A stretch of 64,000 bases of DNA from the NCBI GenBank assembly GCA_964016885.1, contig OZ024742.1, forward strand, positions 131,936,001 through 132,000,000. Direction: 5' to 3'. The notes under the pieces are model-generated. The model searched no databases, was not told the DNA's origin, and was given only the letters and a program-made list of their open reading frames with translations. Position numbers and translations under genes: made by a program. Source of the stretch: Eledone cirrhosa. Lineage: Eukaryota. Of the stretch, positions 45,647 through 58,423 are shown in pieces (within the stretch, counting starts at the first letter, position 1; every line of letters begins with the position of its first letter).

Positions 45647-46091
45647 AGGTTGAAACACGACATCGTTGCCAAACTCCGTCAATCATATTCCACACATGGG
45701 ACGTATAATAAAAGCTATCGGTTTGATGTATTTAAAACATTTTTTTTTATTTCCTTTGTCATGATATTCTTGTGATGATCGGATGTTTTTCTCAGGGAGC
45801 GCACCTTTTCCTATTATTTATATAGTGCTTCATGATTCTTTGGATACAAAGGTGATGGACAATATTGTGTTATAATAAGATCTTATAATATTGATTTGCC
45901 CCAATGTAATATAATGCAGCTGAAATGAAATACTACCATTTACAATATGTTTATATTTCTTTTGTTGAAACAAGTGTAATTCTAATAGATATGCCTTAAA
46001 CACCGTCATAATTCTTGTAACACACACACGCACACACACACATATATATATATATACACACACACACATATATAGATATATATAAATATAT

Positions 46092-46262
<171 letters not shown>

Positions 46263-46739
46263 TGAGATAGTGAGAGAAAGAAAGACAGAAAGAGAGAGAG
46301 AGAGAGAAAGAAAGACAGAAAGACAGAGAGAGAGAGAGAGTGAGAGATATAGAGAGTGATGGAGAGAAAGACATATATATAGAGGGAGAGAGAGACGCAG
46401 GCGTATGTGTGGGTTGAAAACTATATATTATTAAGTATCAAGATTGAAATTGAAAATTCAATAACAACCAATTTTCGTCCAGAACATGTAGAGTTCTGTC
46501 ATTGGTTTTATATATATATATTTTTTTTCAAATCAAATAAATTAGTTAAAATATATATTTTCTTAATTACTACTTGTTTCTTTCGTTTTTTATATCACAT
46601 GTTATTCTTCGTTTTGTTTTTATATCAAATTATTTTTTGTTTCCATGATATGCAGTGATATACAAACCAATATATTTATACAAACATACACAGACACGCA
46701 CAAACACACACACATACACACACAAACACCCCCCCCCCC

Positions 46740-46773
<34 letters not shown>

Positions 46774-46789
46774 ATTTATTATACAAATT

Positions 46790-47056
46790 ACTTCTACAGG
46801 AATATATCTGTCTCATTCGAAATAAATCCTCAGGAAAGCCAACTGTCATTGTAATACAGTTGTATTTATATGTTTTCTGATGGTTGGGGAAGGTGGTGAT
46901 TTTAGTGATGGGTAGAAGTTATTGGCCAAGAGACTTTAAAGAATAGGGATTCGAATGAAAGAGTCCTATACCTGTAGAAGCTTTCTTGAGGTTTATACTC
47001 TACTAATGTATTGAGTACCTTACGTACTGTAGTTACCACCTAATGAACTCCGGACG
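46790..47056. mobile_element. Old family A pLTR inverted pair
   Basis: Minus ctgagga..gagacag..cctgtagaag and plus ttcgaatgaaa..cctgtagaagc..gtattgagtacc. Confidence 0.7.
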
Positions 47057-47082
47057 CCCCCATACACACGCACACACACACA

Positions 47083-47199
<117 letters not shown>

Positions 47200-47767
47200 G
47201 GTAACACAACAGTTAGTTCACCATAACGAGAACAATTGTTTTAGATTAGCGGATCTTCAGCTTGTACTGATCATGGTTATACGGAACAGGAAGAACAACC
47301 GTATGAACGCGCATGCGCAGAAACTGTCACTTCACACAAGCGATACAAAGCCACGGGTGAAAGGTGTAAGGGAAATAACTGCGAAAGTCCAGAAAAGGTG
47401 TTCGTGTTGATTAGAAAATTAGAATGTTGTTGTTATTCCATCCGGAGCTTTGTAGTTATGCAAAAGGTGTTTCCGGACATGTGAACAACGAGAGAAGATT
47501 TCACTTCTTAATTTTAGGCAATCGCTATTGCGTAATCTTCTTAGAATATTTATCCTTTCTACTACACAGTCCACAAGACGGATTGCCCCTTTCGTATGGC
47601 TTGGACTTAGTGATGGCTTCCATTGAAAGGAGTAGTCTATAGTTAGGTCCTATTGTTTGGGGAGTAAGAGTGTCAGAGAAAGAAAGAGAGAGCTCAGATA
47701 CAAATACAGTTTCAGGGTGAATATCCAATGTGAGAATCCAATGAACTTTAGTGGTCCACGGACGCGT

Positions 47768-47808
<41 letters not shown>

Positions 47809-47809
47809 T

Positions 47810-48043
47810 TAATAATAATAAATTTGAAGACTAAAATCCAAAGAGGGCTCGAAAAGGATAAATATATATTAAATATATAAGAACCGTAGAGCAAATATTT
47901 ATTAAAATAACAGATTAAAGTTTAAGCAAAGAATCGGTGCTTTCACCCTTAACGGGATCTTCTGAAACTGTTTCAGAAGATCCCGTTAAGGGTGAAAGCA
48001 GCAATTCTTTGCTTAAACTTTAATCTGTTATTTTAATAAATAT
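47810..48043 (-). mobile_element. Family C pLTR with a 149 bp near-perfect palindrome (centre 47969) and CAGAAGA HHR on both strands
   Basis: gttt-CAGAAGA-tccc(gttaa)gggt-GAAA-gca..tgc-TT^aaac at 47970-48018; left arm matches the reverse complement of ~15940-16105. Confidence 0.88.
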
Positions 48044-48064
48044 AAATATATATATATATATTGA

Positions 48065-48172
<108 letters not shown>

Positions 48173-49088
48173 CTGTGTGTGTGTCTGTGTGTTTGTGTGT
48201 TTGTGTGTTTGTGTGTGTATGAAACGTAATAAATGGAAATAACAAACCAAACGACACTGTACAATGAACAAATATAATGTTTAACACTTGAAATAATAGG
48301 AAAATTGTCTCAACGTTTGGGACTTTACTTCTTCATCAGAAGATATAATGATAAATAAAAGTTGAAATAGAGAGATAGAGAATGAGAAGAGATAGGCACA
48401 GAGAAATGAGAGAAACACAATGGTAGATGGAGAAGGTGAAACGGGAGTAGTCAGAAGAGAATAGTGGATGAAATGTATATATATATATAGATATGTGTAT
48501 GTGTGTGGCGGGTTGGGGGGGGGGGGGGTATGTTTGTGTGTCTCTGTGTGTCTGTCAGTATAAGCGTACTGCTTACAATATGTAAATTCTTTGGTTTCAA
48601 TCGCCGTAGCAATGGAAAATATTATGCCATTATATGCACCTGAGTATTTCCTGATTGTGATTTACATGGGCAAACGGATGTACATGCTCATTGAACATGT
48701 CCGCCCTGGCTATATTACTTATTTTAAAGTATAATTTGATGGATGAATACCGTTGGTGGGGTCATTAGGAGACCTTTTGGACCAAGCTCATTGTAGGAGA
48801 GAACGGTTATTATCTGTTCTTCATTATGGAGTAGGAATCTGAATAAAAATAAGCGGGGGCAGATTTACCTGCTAGAGCTATTTAAGCAATTTGTATCAGT
48901 TTAAATTGTAGTAGATCAGTAAATTGGCTTTAATCAACGAATATATGCGCCTACATTTTCGAACATACACTGACGTACATAAATGTGTAGTATATGACTG
49001 GACGAAAATTTGTGCGCAAAACGCACACATGTATATTCACATATAATAAATCCGGGAAAATGTATACATGCACACACACAGACACACA

Positions 49089-49196
<108 letters not shown>

Positions 49197-49319
49197 ATAT
49201 ATATATATGCACGTATATGAATACTTATATATATATAAAGGTGAATGAAATATATCATACGCACATAAAATACATGTGCATTAAAATACATCATTCATAA
49301 CATCCTTTACTTTGAATGT

Positions 49320-49640
49320 AATAATAATATGTCTGTTCCTTATTTGTTGAGCTTATTAATATGTCGAGAGGTTGGACTGCTCTTTCTAGTAGACGTGAAC
49401 CCTTTCAAGTCGTTGTGTGTGCTGAATTCATATATTGATAACATGTGCGTTTAGTCCCATTCAACCCTGTATTGGAGAGATTAAATGATTTTGGAATTCC
49501 CTCACCGATGACCCGTTTCAAAATATCTCGTACACGGGTGGACGCCTCCCGTGTAACTTATGCTCGAAGAAAACATTACAAATGCTGTTTACGAAGGACC
49601 AACACCTGAACAAAAAAGACGAACTTGTAACTGCCTGTAA
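49320..49640 (+). pseudogene. Decayed PLE GIY-YIG C-terminal fragment (similar relics at ~47430-47650 and ~48580-48900, minus)
   Basis: SYTGG...CNLC and LNK..ELVTACKH-like motifs. Confidence 0.55.
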
Positions 49641-49851
49641 ACACCGATTGCGTAGGACATACCTCGCCCTCAAACCCCCTCTTGACTCGGGTGGTTAGAC
49701 AATGGCTACACCATCCTGTTTTTCCCCACTTGCCGAACAAGATAGAGGAAACCCAGCATACATAGGTAGATGTACTTCTTTTCTTGTTCCCTTTATCTCT
49801 TCTTATCACTTCCTTCCACTCCCTCTCCTCTTCCTTTTCATTTAAGTATGT

Positions 49852-50481
49852 ACACGTACAGTAGTATGTATATATATATACATACATGCACATATATATA
49901 TGTAGGTATGGATTCACCAAAAATTTATTATAATGCTTGGTCTGTCTGTAAACAAACATCCCGTATTAAACCGTAGTGTCTAGCAACCACCGTTGCTCGT
50001 TTGTTCAACACTGGCAAAGGAACGCTTAATAGTTGAAATGAAATTTCGTTTCAGTTTTTCCGTTTATCGTTTTCGGTGCATCCACACGATATTCAAATTG
50101 GGCTACTCAGCCGTTAATATGCATAAGGAAAGTATATACTTTCGGACGTTCAACTATCTGGCAGGAAGGTATACGTTGCTGACGATAGCTAACAAGCTTG
50201 AAACTAGTACAGCGTTCCTTTGTCAGTGTTGTACAAACGAGCAACGGTGGTTGCTAGACACTACGGCTTAATACGGGATGTTTGTTTACAAACACACCGA
50301 GCATTATAATAAATGTTTGGTGAATCCATACGTACATATATATATGTGTGCATGTATGTATATATATATACATACTTCTGTACGTCTGTATACATATATG
50401 TATGTACGTGTACATGCTTATGTTTAAGTAACAGCCGTACTAAGAGTGGGAAATGAAATTTCGTTTCATTTTTTCCGTTTA
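49852..50481 (+). mobile_element. Family B unit (50035-50481) with inverted 5' piece (49852-50026)
   Basis: gaaatgaaatttcgtttca at 50035 and 50450; the inverted piece mirrors ~50211-50385. Confidence 0.88.
50173..50215 (+). ncRNA. Intact minimal type I HHR
   Basis: acguug-CUGACGA-u-agcu(aaca)agcu-u-GAAA-cuag-UA^cagcgu; cleavage predicted after 50209. Confidence 0.85.
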
Positions 50482-50775
50482 TATATATATATAGATATAT
50501 ACTCACATACACGTATATATATATAAAAAATCTCTCGTAGCTTACAAAATGCTCAATGGAGCAATCCAGAACAAGCACTCTACGTTAAATGTTGTAAAGC
50601 AAGAGGGCCTGAGTAAAAAATCCTTGTGTGAAAGCAACAAAAAAAAAAAAAAAGTGGTTCAACAGATTAATATAGGAAAACGTGAAAGTACACAACATTT
50701 AAAATCATTTGAATAAAATCAATATTTTAGACGTTTAAGATAAAACACCCTCAGAATTCACACGTGGACAACCGG

Positions 50776-50849
<74 letters not shown>

Positions 50850-50939
50850 AGTTTATGTTGGTTGTATACCAACACCTCAGTATGCAGGCTGGAGCACTCG
50901 ACGAAGTGCGCAGGTTGGTTTGGTTACTCCGGAGTAGTG

Positions 50940-51236
50940 TAAAATAAAGTTAAATAAAAGTCAAATGATTAAAATTTAGCTTCGTTTATTACTACTATAT
51001 ATATTTCAGTGATATGACTCCAGTTCCTCAGTGAATTAACAGCCCAACAGGGAACTGGGCATATCAGAGTATTGACAATATTATACACCTAAACAACATA
51101 TGTACTTGTCTATACCATGCTAATTCAAACTGCCTGAAGAGGTCACAGCCAAAGATGGCTGTCACTGAAATATGTATAGCAGTAATAAACGAAGCTAAAT
51201 TTTAATCATTTGCCTTTTATTTAACTTTATTTTATA
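50940..51236 (+). mobile_element. pLTR-like element with ~73 bp inverted arms and HHR at 51129-51183
   Basis: acugc-CUGAAGA-ggu-c-acagcc..ggcugu-c-acu-GAAA-uaugua-UA^gcagu. Confidence 0.82.
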
Positions 51237-51243
51237 TATATAT

Positions 51244-51649
51244 ATAATATATAAGATCAAAAGATGGTTAAAGGAGTTCCATGTATTTTATTATGCGCAT
51301 TTCAAAAACAAACATCATCATGCAATAATATTTGTGTTTTCATCAGATAAAACAGGAGGACATGATATGAAGGCTAAAAAACTCTTGTGGATAGTGCAGT
51401 TTTAAATCAACTGCACTATCCACAAGTGTTTTTTAGCCTTCATATCATGTCCTCCTGTTTTATCTGATGAAAACACAAATATTATTGCATGATGATGTTT
51501 GTTTTTGAAATGCGCATAATAAAATACATGGAACTCCTTTAACCATCTTTTGATCTTATATATTATGTATACTCCAGTCCTACAAACTGTAGAGTGCTTC
51601 TTATCCGATATCTGCATTGCTTTATTATACTACAATAAAACTCACCTCC

Positions 51650-51650
<1 letters not shown>
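51244..51650 (+). mobile_element. Family D element: ~323 bp near-perfect palindrome (51244-51566) with intact HHR on each strand (+51458-51524, -51286-51352)
   Basis: uuuuau-CUGAUGA-long stem II-GAAA-ugcgca-UA^auaaaa; arms differ by one mismatch, 7 nt loop. Confidence 0.9.
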
Positions 51651-51700
<50 letters not shown>

Positions 51701-52093
51701 TATACAATGTAAATGTAAATTCAGTCTCGGTTGTTCCTATTCTGTATATATACAGATATATCTTTACCACCCGAGGATACTATGCAAATAATTAGGTCCA
51801 TTTCAAGATGCTATTATAGGTGATAGGTTATATAAACCCCTCGATTTCACATGTCCTACTGGTTGTTTAGATGGTATATAGTGTTTTTGTGCGAAAAGAG
51901 GAGATATGAATATTTGACATTTTACATGTCTATGTAATAAACTCGTGTAAAATTATATGCAAATTGGCGCAGTCTTGGTTACCTATATTAAGTATATATA
52001 CAAATATAACTTTATCATATTCTTCGTTTGCTTATCACACGATTCCATACATACATAACACTACACATACGCACGTACACACAACACACACAC

Positions 52094-52208
<115 letters not shown>

Positions 52209-52849
52209 TGTGTACATGGGTACGTGCGTGTTTGCCCGTGTGCCTTTGCGTAATTTGTGCATAAAATGAATATGACATTTTAAACAACTTCTTAATCAGA
52301 AACATATATAAACAAATCTTGTTCACCCAGCTCCTCACTCAGCCATATGAACGATGAGAATTTCACTTAAAATAACGTGTACATCAATGTGCTTTTACTG
52401 CGTAGCTCTTTGTCTTTCAAGTTTGGTAACAATGCAACATCTTGATAAAAGCAATTTATGGGATTGTGTTTTAACTTCACTAACCGACGTTGTTATTCGT
52501 TCAACTCAGAGATCTGTGTTTGAAGAAGTTTAAAGTTCAAAGCTAAAACTGCCGGTTGTGATTATTATTCCTTGCTACACTTGACATAAAATGTAATAGA
52601 CGGTTTGGTGGACTGGATTCTCTCAATGTTAATGTCGCTGGAAAAGTAATGCAATTGGAAATGTGTTTTATATCATTGTTTTTATATATGGGCACATTGA
52701 AATGCAGACACACACACGCACACACACACGCACACACACACACACACATACCTCAAACGCGCGCGCGCGCGCGCACACACACACATTTATATATTCAATA
52801 AACTGCATTGTTTGATTCGATAGGTAATATGACATTTTATTTTCAAAAG

Positions 52850-53820
52850 TGATTGTGTATGGAATAAAGTGATGACTTTTTTGTTCCACAATCTTAGTAT
52901 TGCTGTTATACTCTAGAGATACTTGGAAGATACCTTTTTTCTCAAGTATTTTTTATATGATACATTTCGATCTCCAATGTTTCTTGTTCACGCATTGAAT
53001 ACTGATCAGTGGTTATTCTATTTACATTTGTATAATATATTTCCAAAGTCGAATATGATGTGAGTAAATTGAAATTGACATCCAATATATATACTGGTAT
53101 TTTTGGTCTACTTGGCGGTTGTTTCTTATATAAGGTTTTGTAGGTGTTTTATTGATAGTGGTTCTTTCATGGAAAGCAACATAAAGTAAAAACACTTATT
53201 CAATAACACAACGCGTCCACCGTTCCAGGGATAGAACGCATGTACTTTACATCACGTGTCTAACATCCAATCTAATAGGAGGTTGGCCGTCGGGAAAGAG
53301 ACGTATATGTCAGATAATTCTCAAAGGAACCATATATAGTTCATCAATTTAATCTTTTATTTCTATATGACAACTTTTATTGTCTTAAAGTAGAGGCCCT
53401 GTCCCGTCAACAATGATGGCAATAACGATGTGTGTATTTAATTTTTGGAGTTCAGGATCGGTATGCATAATATGCCAAGATTATTGGTTGTACTAACAAC
53501 CATATAATCTGGGAAATTTCATATTTAATAAGATGGTGGTCTGAATAATAGAAACTCTACACTTTACGTTGAGTAATGACACGTGGGAGTGATACAAAAG
53601 CAGATGGATGTTTTAATAATTAATAATTCCTTTCTCGGATATAATTGCATAAATGTAGATGGAGATATAACTATATCCGAGGACACATGTAGGGTAACAA
53701 GCCAGAATGTTGTGATTGATGAACAAACATCTTGTTATAGCAACAGGTCTAGCTTGGGTAGTAGAAGCATTTTCTATTTGCGGGCATACGTCGGTATGTT
53801 TGTCTTTGTATATTTTAAAG
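52850..53820 (-). pseudogene. Probable highly decayed PLE RT region
   Basis: Scattered motifs resembling FYPSI and GLY.DD on the minus strand; weak. Confidence 0.4.
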
Positions 53821-53865
53821 TGGTATATATATTTATATAAATAAATATTCATACACACACGCACG

Positions 53866-53922
<57 letters not shown>

Positions 53923-53976
53923 ACATAGATATATATAGATATATAGATAGATAGATATATATAGATAGATAGATAT

Positions 53977-54153
53977 ATATAGATATGGCTTGTACAGGAT
54001 TTGAACAGTTTCATTCGAAGGCTTTCCTGATCATTTGCTTCGAATGAAACAGTTCAAGTCCTGTAGAAGCCATATCTATATTAAATATTTATTTATACTC
54101 TGCTATGTATTGATTACCTTACTCATTGTGGTTACACCCGATTGAACCTGGGA
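53977..54153 (+). mobile_element. Family A element with short inverted 5' piece and CUGAUCA HHR (54022-54070)
   Basis: ~53977-54020 mirrors ~54038-54081; family A tail. Confidence 0.8.
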
Positions 54154-54433
54154 TACACACACACACACACACACATACACACACACATATATATATATAT
54201 TTATATATATCTATATATCTCTCTATATATATAAAGAATTAGTATATCTACTAACATATATATACAGATGCATACCTATGCCAGCAAATATATAGGTTTT
54301 GTCTTAGTAACTTTGTGGTTCAAAGCATGGGGATGCAGAACAATAATATGAAAAACGTAAAATAAGAAAATTATAAAAATTAACTTACTAAAATTTAGGT
54401 AAGTTAAATTTTATAATTTTCTTAATTTACGTC

Positions 54434-54500
<67 letters not shown>

Positions 54501-54505
<5 letters not shown>

Positions 54506-56444
54506 ATACTTTGGGAGGGTCATGTTGCCAATAAGAAACACACGCACCAGTTGCTTTCAATTCAATTTATTATATATTTATAAATTTATAAATTTACAAA
54601 TCTACAAACTTATAAATTTCTGGTTGGTTGGTTGGTTCCACAACCAGATAGTTGTTTATATATAGTCATAGTCCTTTCGTCACACACTCTGTGACCTCTT
54701 CAGTGACTGGGGATTCCTTTCTTTGTTTCTGTGCCTTTCCTTTCTTCTATCCTACGCCATTTTGTTTCTGTGTGTGTGTTGTGTGCTCAGTTTGCGCATG
54801 CGCCACATCCGGGTGTCTGTGTGTGTTTGTGTTCATTTATCTATTTGTTTATTTATTTATTTATTGTTGGTTGGTTGTTTGTTCTATGTGTGTGTGTGTT
54901 TTCATTTTGTCCTTAATTGTAAGTTGTGATGTTGCTGTTCCACTCATATTTTCTATTTAATTTTGGTTGTAATTCTTTTATGCTTACTGCCTCTGTGCTT
55001 TGCCTAAACATTGCATCTTTTCTGTGTGTGGATTCTATTTTTATTTCTATGTTCTCTAATCTACCCCTGTGTTCTATCTTAGCATGTTGGTAGAGCACAG
55101 ATGATTATTTATTATCTTGAAGGTCTCGCCAGTGTTCATTTATTCGTTCCCCTATACTACGAGCTGTCTCACCTATGTACACTATATTTTTGTTTCTACA
55201 TTGTCCTTCAGTACATCTTATGCTATACACTACATTTCTAGTTTTACAGTTAATATGGGGGCTTATTTTACAGGTTATATATTTCTCATCTATACATGAG
55301 GGTCTTTGGAACGGGTATGTCTTGCTAATAAATGTTTTTACGGAGGTACCTGGTCTTTCTACTATCTTAATATTGAGTTTATGTTTATTTAGGGCCCTTC
55401 TAAATTTGTAGGCTAGTTCGCCTCTAGGGGTTGTATCGATGAACATTAGACTCTGGTATTTATTGCTATCATACCATGAGTTTATTCTATTGGCCTTGTT
55501 CCTAGTTCTTTCTATTCTATTCCCAAATTTGCTCCTATACAAGGGGCAGGTCCCATTTATGTCATTATTTACCATTTTTTCCCATTTGGTTCTGGCTCCT
55601 CTATACACTCTGATTCTATCTCTCTGATTGTAGCCAGAGAACTGCATACGGTGGATGAAGTGTTGTATGTGTCTCTCTAGTTCTTCGGGGTTGCACATGC
55701 GGGACACATTTCTCATCACCCGTACCAAATCCGCAATCAGTATGTTGATTTTGGTATGGTCCGAAATGGCCGAGTTTCGGTGGATCAGATGTTTGGAAGT
55801 CATGGGTTTGGCATAATGGGAATGGAGGATTTGTTTTTGGTTGTTAATGGTATCTAACCAGAGCTCTGTGTCTAGTACAGGTAATCGATGGTTGGGGTGT
55901 CTACTTGGGTAGTCTATAGTAACTCTAATGCTCTGGTGGATGGAGTTTGCTATTTGCTGGATGCTTTCCATTGTGTTTTTCTCTAGTTCCTGGTTACTGT
56001 CACTGTCCCCCTCGGTTGGACTATAGGCTGAAATGACTGTCAACACACACACACATAGAACAAACAACCAACCAACAATAAATAAATAAATAAATAAACA
56101 AATAGATAAATGAACACAAACACACACAGACACCCGGATGTGGCGCATGCGCAAACTGAGCACACAACACACACACAGAAACAAAATGGCGTAGGATAGA
56201 AGAAAGGAAAGGCACAGAAACAAAGAAAGGAATCCCCAGTCACTGAAGAGGTCACAGAGTGTGTGACGAAAGGACTATGGCTATATATAAACAACTATAT
56301 GGTTGTGGAACCAACCAACCAACCAGAAATTTATAAGTTTGTAGATTTGTAAATTTATAAATTTATAAATATATAATAAATTGAAGTGAAAGCAACTGGT
56401 GCGTGTGTTTCTTATTGGCAACATGACCCTCCCAAAGTATAACA
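54501..56444 (-). mobile_element. Young 5'-truncated Naiad-like PLE with ~400 bp inverted pLTRs (54501-54899, 56042-56444)
   Basis: ORF ~56000->54913 with one TAA at 55105: LPVLD, HYAKPM, FSGY, NVVYSIRC..YIGET..RINEH, C-terminal LNRKYEW (NxKxEW, recalled as typical of Naiads). Confidence 0.88.
54664..54708 (-). ncRNA. Type I HHR in the Naiad-like pLTR (mirror copy +56238-56282)
   Basis: aguca-CUGAAGA-g-gucaca(gagug)ugugac-GAAA-ggac-UA^ugacu. Confidence 0.85.
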
Positions 56445-56502
56445 ATATCGGTTCCAACACGCGATTTCAGATAAAGAGTCTTGCTAAACAAATTCAGAAA
56501 CG

Positions 56503-56536
<34 letters not shown>

Positions 56537-56545
56537 TATTTTCTA

Positions 56546-56656
<111 letters not shown>

Positions 56657-56660
56657 TATG

Positions 56661-56697
<37 letters not shown>

Positions 56698-56702
<5 letters not shown>

Positions 56703-58359
56703 CCTTGCCCTCCTTGATCCTCTTCTTGGCTCTCTGAAGCTCCTCTCTGGTGAAGTGCTCTGTCTCAACATCCAGTTCCTCAAACAGCCGCCTGATCTCC
56801 CCAGTGCTCTGGGCTGTGGAGGGTGGCTCTCCTAGTAGGGTCCTAAAATGGTCTAGCCATTTCCTCTTCCTATCCTCGGGCCCCGTTCCATGGATTTGAT
56901 TCAAACACCTTCTCTTCCTCCCTGTGATCTCGTTGATGATCATCCAGCTCTCCTTACATCCAGATCCGTCAACCGCTCTCTCCACACTTCTGATCTTCTC
57001 TATCAGTGCCACCTCTCTGACCTCAGTGTAAGCGGTACAGAGTTCTTCCCTCATCACCTCCACAGTCTCCATCCTCTCCTCCGTAGGATCAGTATAGAAT
57101 TGGTCCTTGGCAGCTTTCAGGTGTTCTCTGGCTGCACACACTTTTGGGTTTGCAGAGCTGACGTGCTTCCCTTTGTTCTTTTTCCTCGGCACCAGGGTTT
57201 CACTTGCTTCCGCCACTGCATTGGAGAAGTGCCCGTACCTCCTCGTCACACTCTCCTCAGTCCATCCAATCTCTCTCTCCTCTGACACTCCACAAAGAGC
57301 ACTAAACCTGTTTCTCACTTCCACTGTGAACCTCTCCTGTAGCTTATCATCTTCCTTGAAAGCTCCCCAGTCATAGATTGCTCTCCGGGGCCGAGCCTTG
57401 CTCTTTCTTAAGCTCACCCGGACCTCACTCATATCAAGCCGGTGGTCACTACCCAGTGTACTGAAATAGCTGTATGGTTCCGTGTTCAGAACACTATTCC
57501 GCCACTTTTTTCTCCCCAGAATGAAATCAATCTGGGACTTGGACAGGTGCATATCCGAGATGCAGGTTCACATCTTCCCCAGATTCTTCCTAAACCTTAG
57601 GTTGGTCGCCATCAAGTTCGCTTCCAGCAGGGTGTCTCTCAGTAGTTTTCCATTTCGGTTGGTGTTGTTATGGAAGTACCAACAAGGATCTTCACTGCCC
57701 TCCTTACTCAGATGTGCATTGAAGTTCCCCAAAACAAGCAGGATATTGTGTGCCTGAGTGGTGTTGACAGCTCTACACACCTCCTCTTGGAACTCCTCCG
57801 CACTCACATCACTGTCCCCATCGGTTGGACTATAGGCTGAGATGACTGTCAGTCTTGGGTTTCCATTGAAGGTCACCGTCAACACTCGCGAGGAGATAGG
57901 CATTATTTCCCTCACCAACAGATTGGTTCCTACACTGAACACAAAACCCACTCCTCCTACTGCAGCATTTGTTGTGTTCTTCACTGCCGATGTAGTGATG
58001 AGCTGGCTCCTCTTCCCGATCATCACACTCCTCACAGGCTCATCGTGTAGGATCCTGTGTTCTTGGATCGCAAGTATCTGCATATCACTCTCCTCGAACA
58101 GATGTCCCAACTCCTCTCTCTTCTCCAGCGTCCGAATAGTCCTCACATTCAAAGTGCCCATTTTGATGGCTCTTCTGCAGGACAAAACTGCATTCTTTAT
58201 ATTTGTCTCAGAGACAGCTGATCCATCATCCACTGGCCCTCTCTGTGGCTCTAAGCCAGCAGAGTCATAACGACCAGGCTGCTCCTTGACAGTGTAATTA
58301 GGGGCTCTAACCCTAGTGCTGTTAGATCGACTCTCCCTATTTCTTTTCAATGGCTTCAT
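56698..58359 (-). pseudogene. RTE ORF 5' half: APE endonuclease and linker, one premature TGA (57568-57570)
   Basis: GTLNVRT, AIQEHR, GGVGF, SAYSPT, LGNFNAH, IDFIL, SDHRL; ends KEGKAH. Confidence 0.9.
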
Positions 58360-58423
58360 ATTTCTTTTCAACGGCGCCACTCGAATAAGGTAGTTATTTA
58401 AGCCATAAGGTAGGTATTTAACC

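Noticed and set aside
52480-52660. Possible host exon on the minus strand (ttttccag acceptor); window also begins with gtaag
   Set aside because: Short frames, no recognisable protein, no supporting exon chain
54913-56000. Selenoprotein recoding, as reported for some Naiads
   Set aside because: The only in-frame stop is TAA (55105); no UGA at Cys positions and no SECIS recognised
55105-56223. 372 aa ORF with hydrophobic N-terminus as a real membrane protein
   Set aside because: The N-terminus is antisense pLTR read by chance into the RTE patch and PLE ORF
57568-57570. Programmed readthrough of the TGA in the RTE
   Set aside because: Falls in a conserved GKxWT motif; simplest explanation is TGG->TGA mutation
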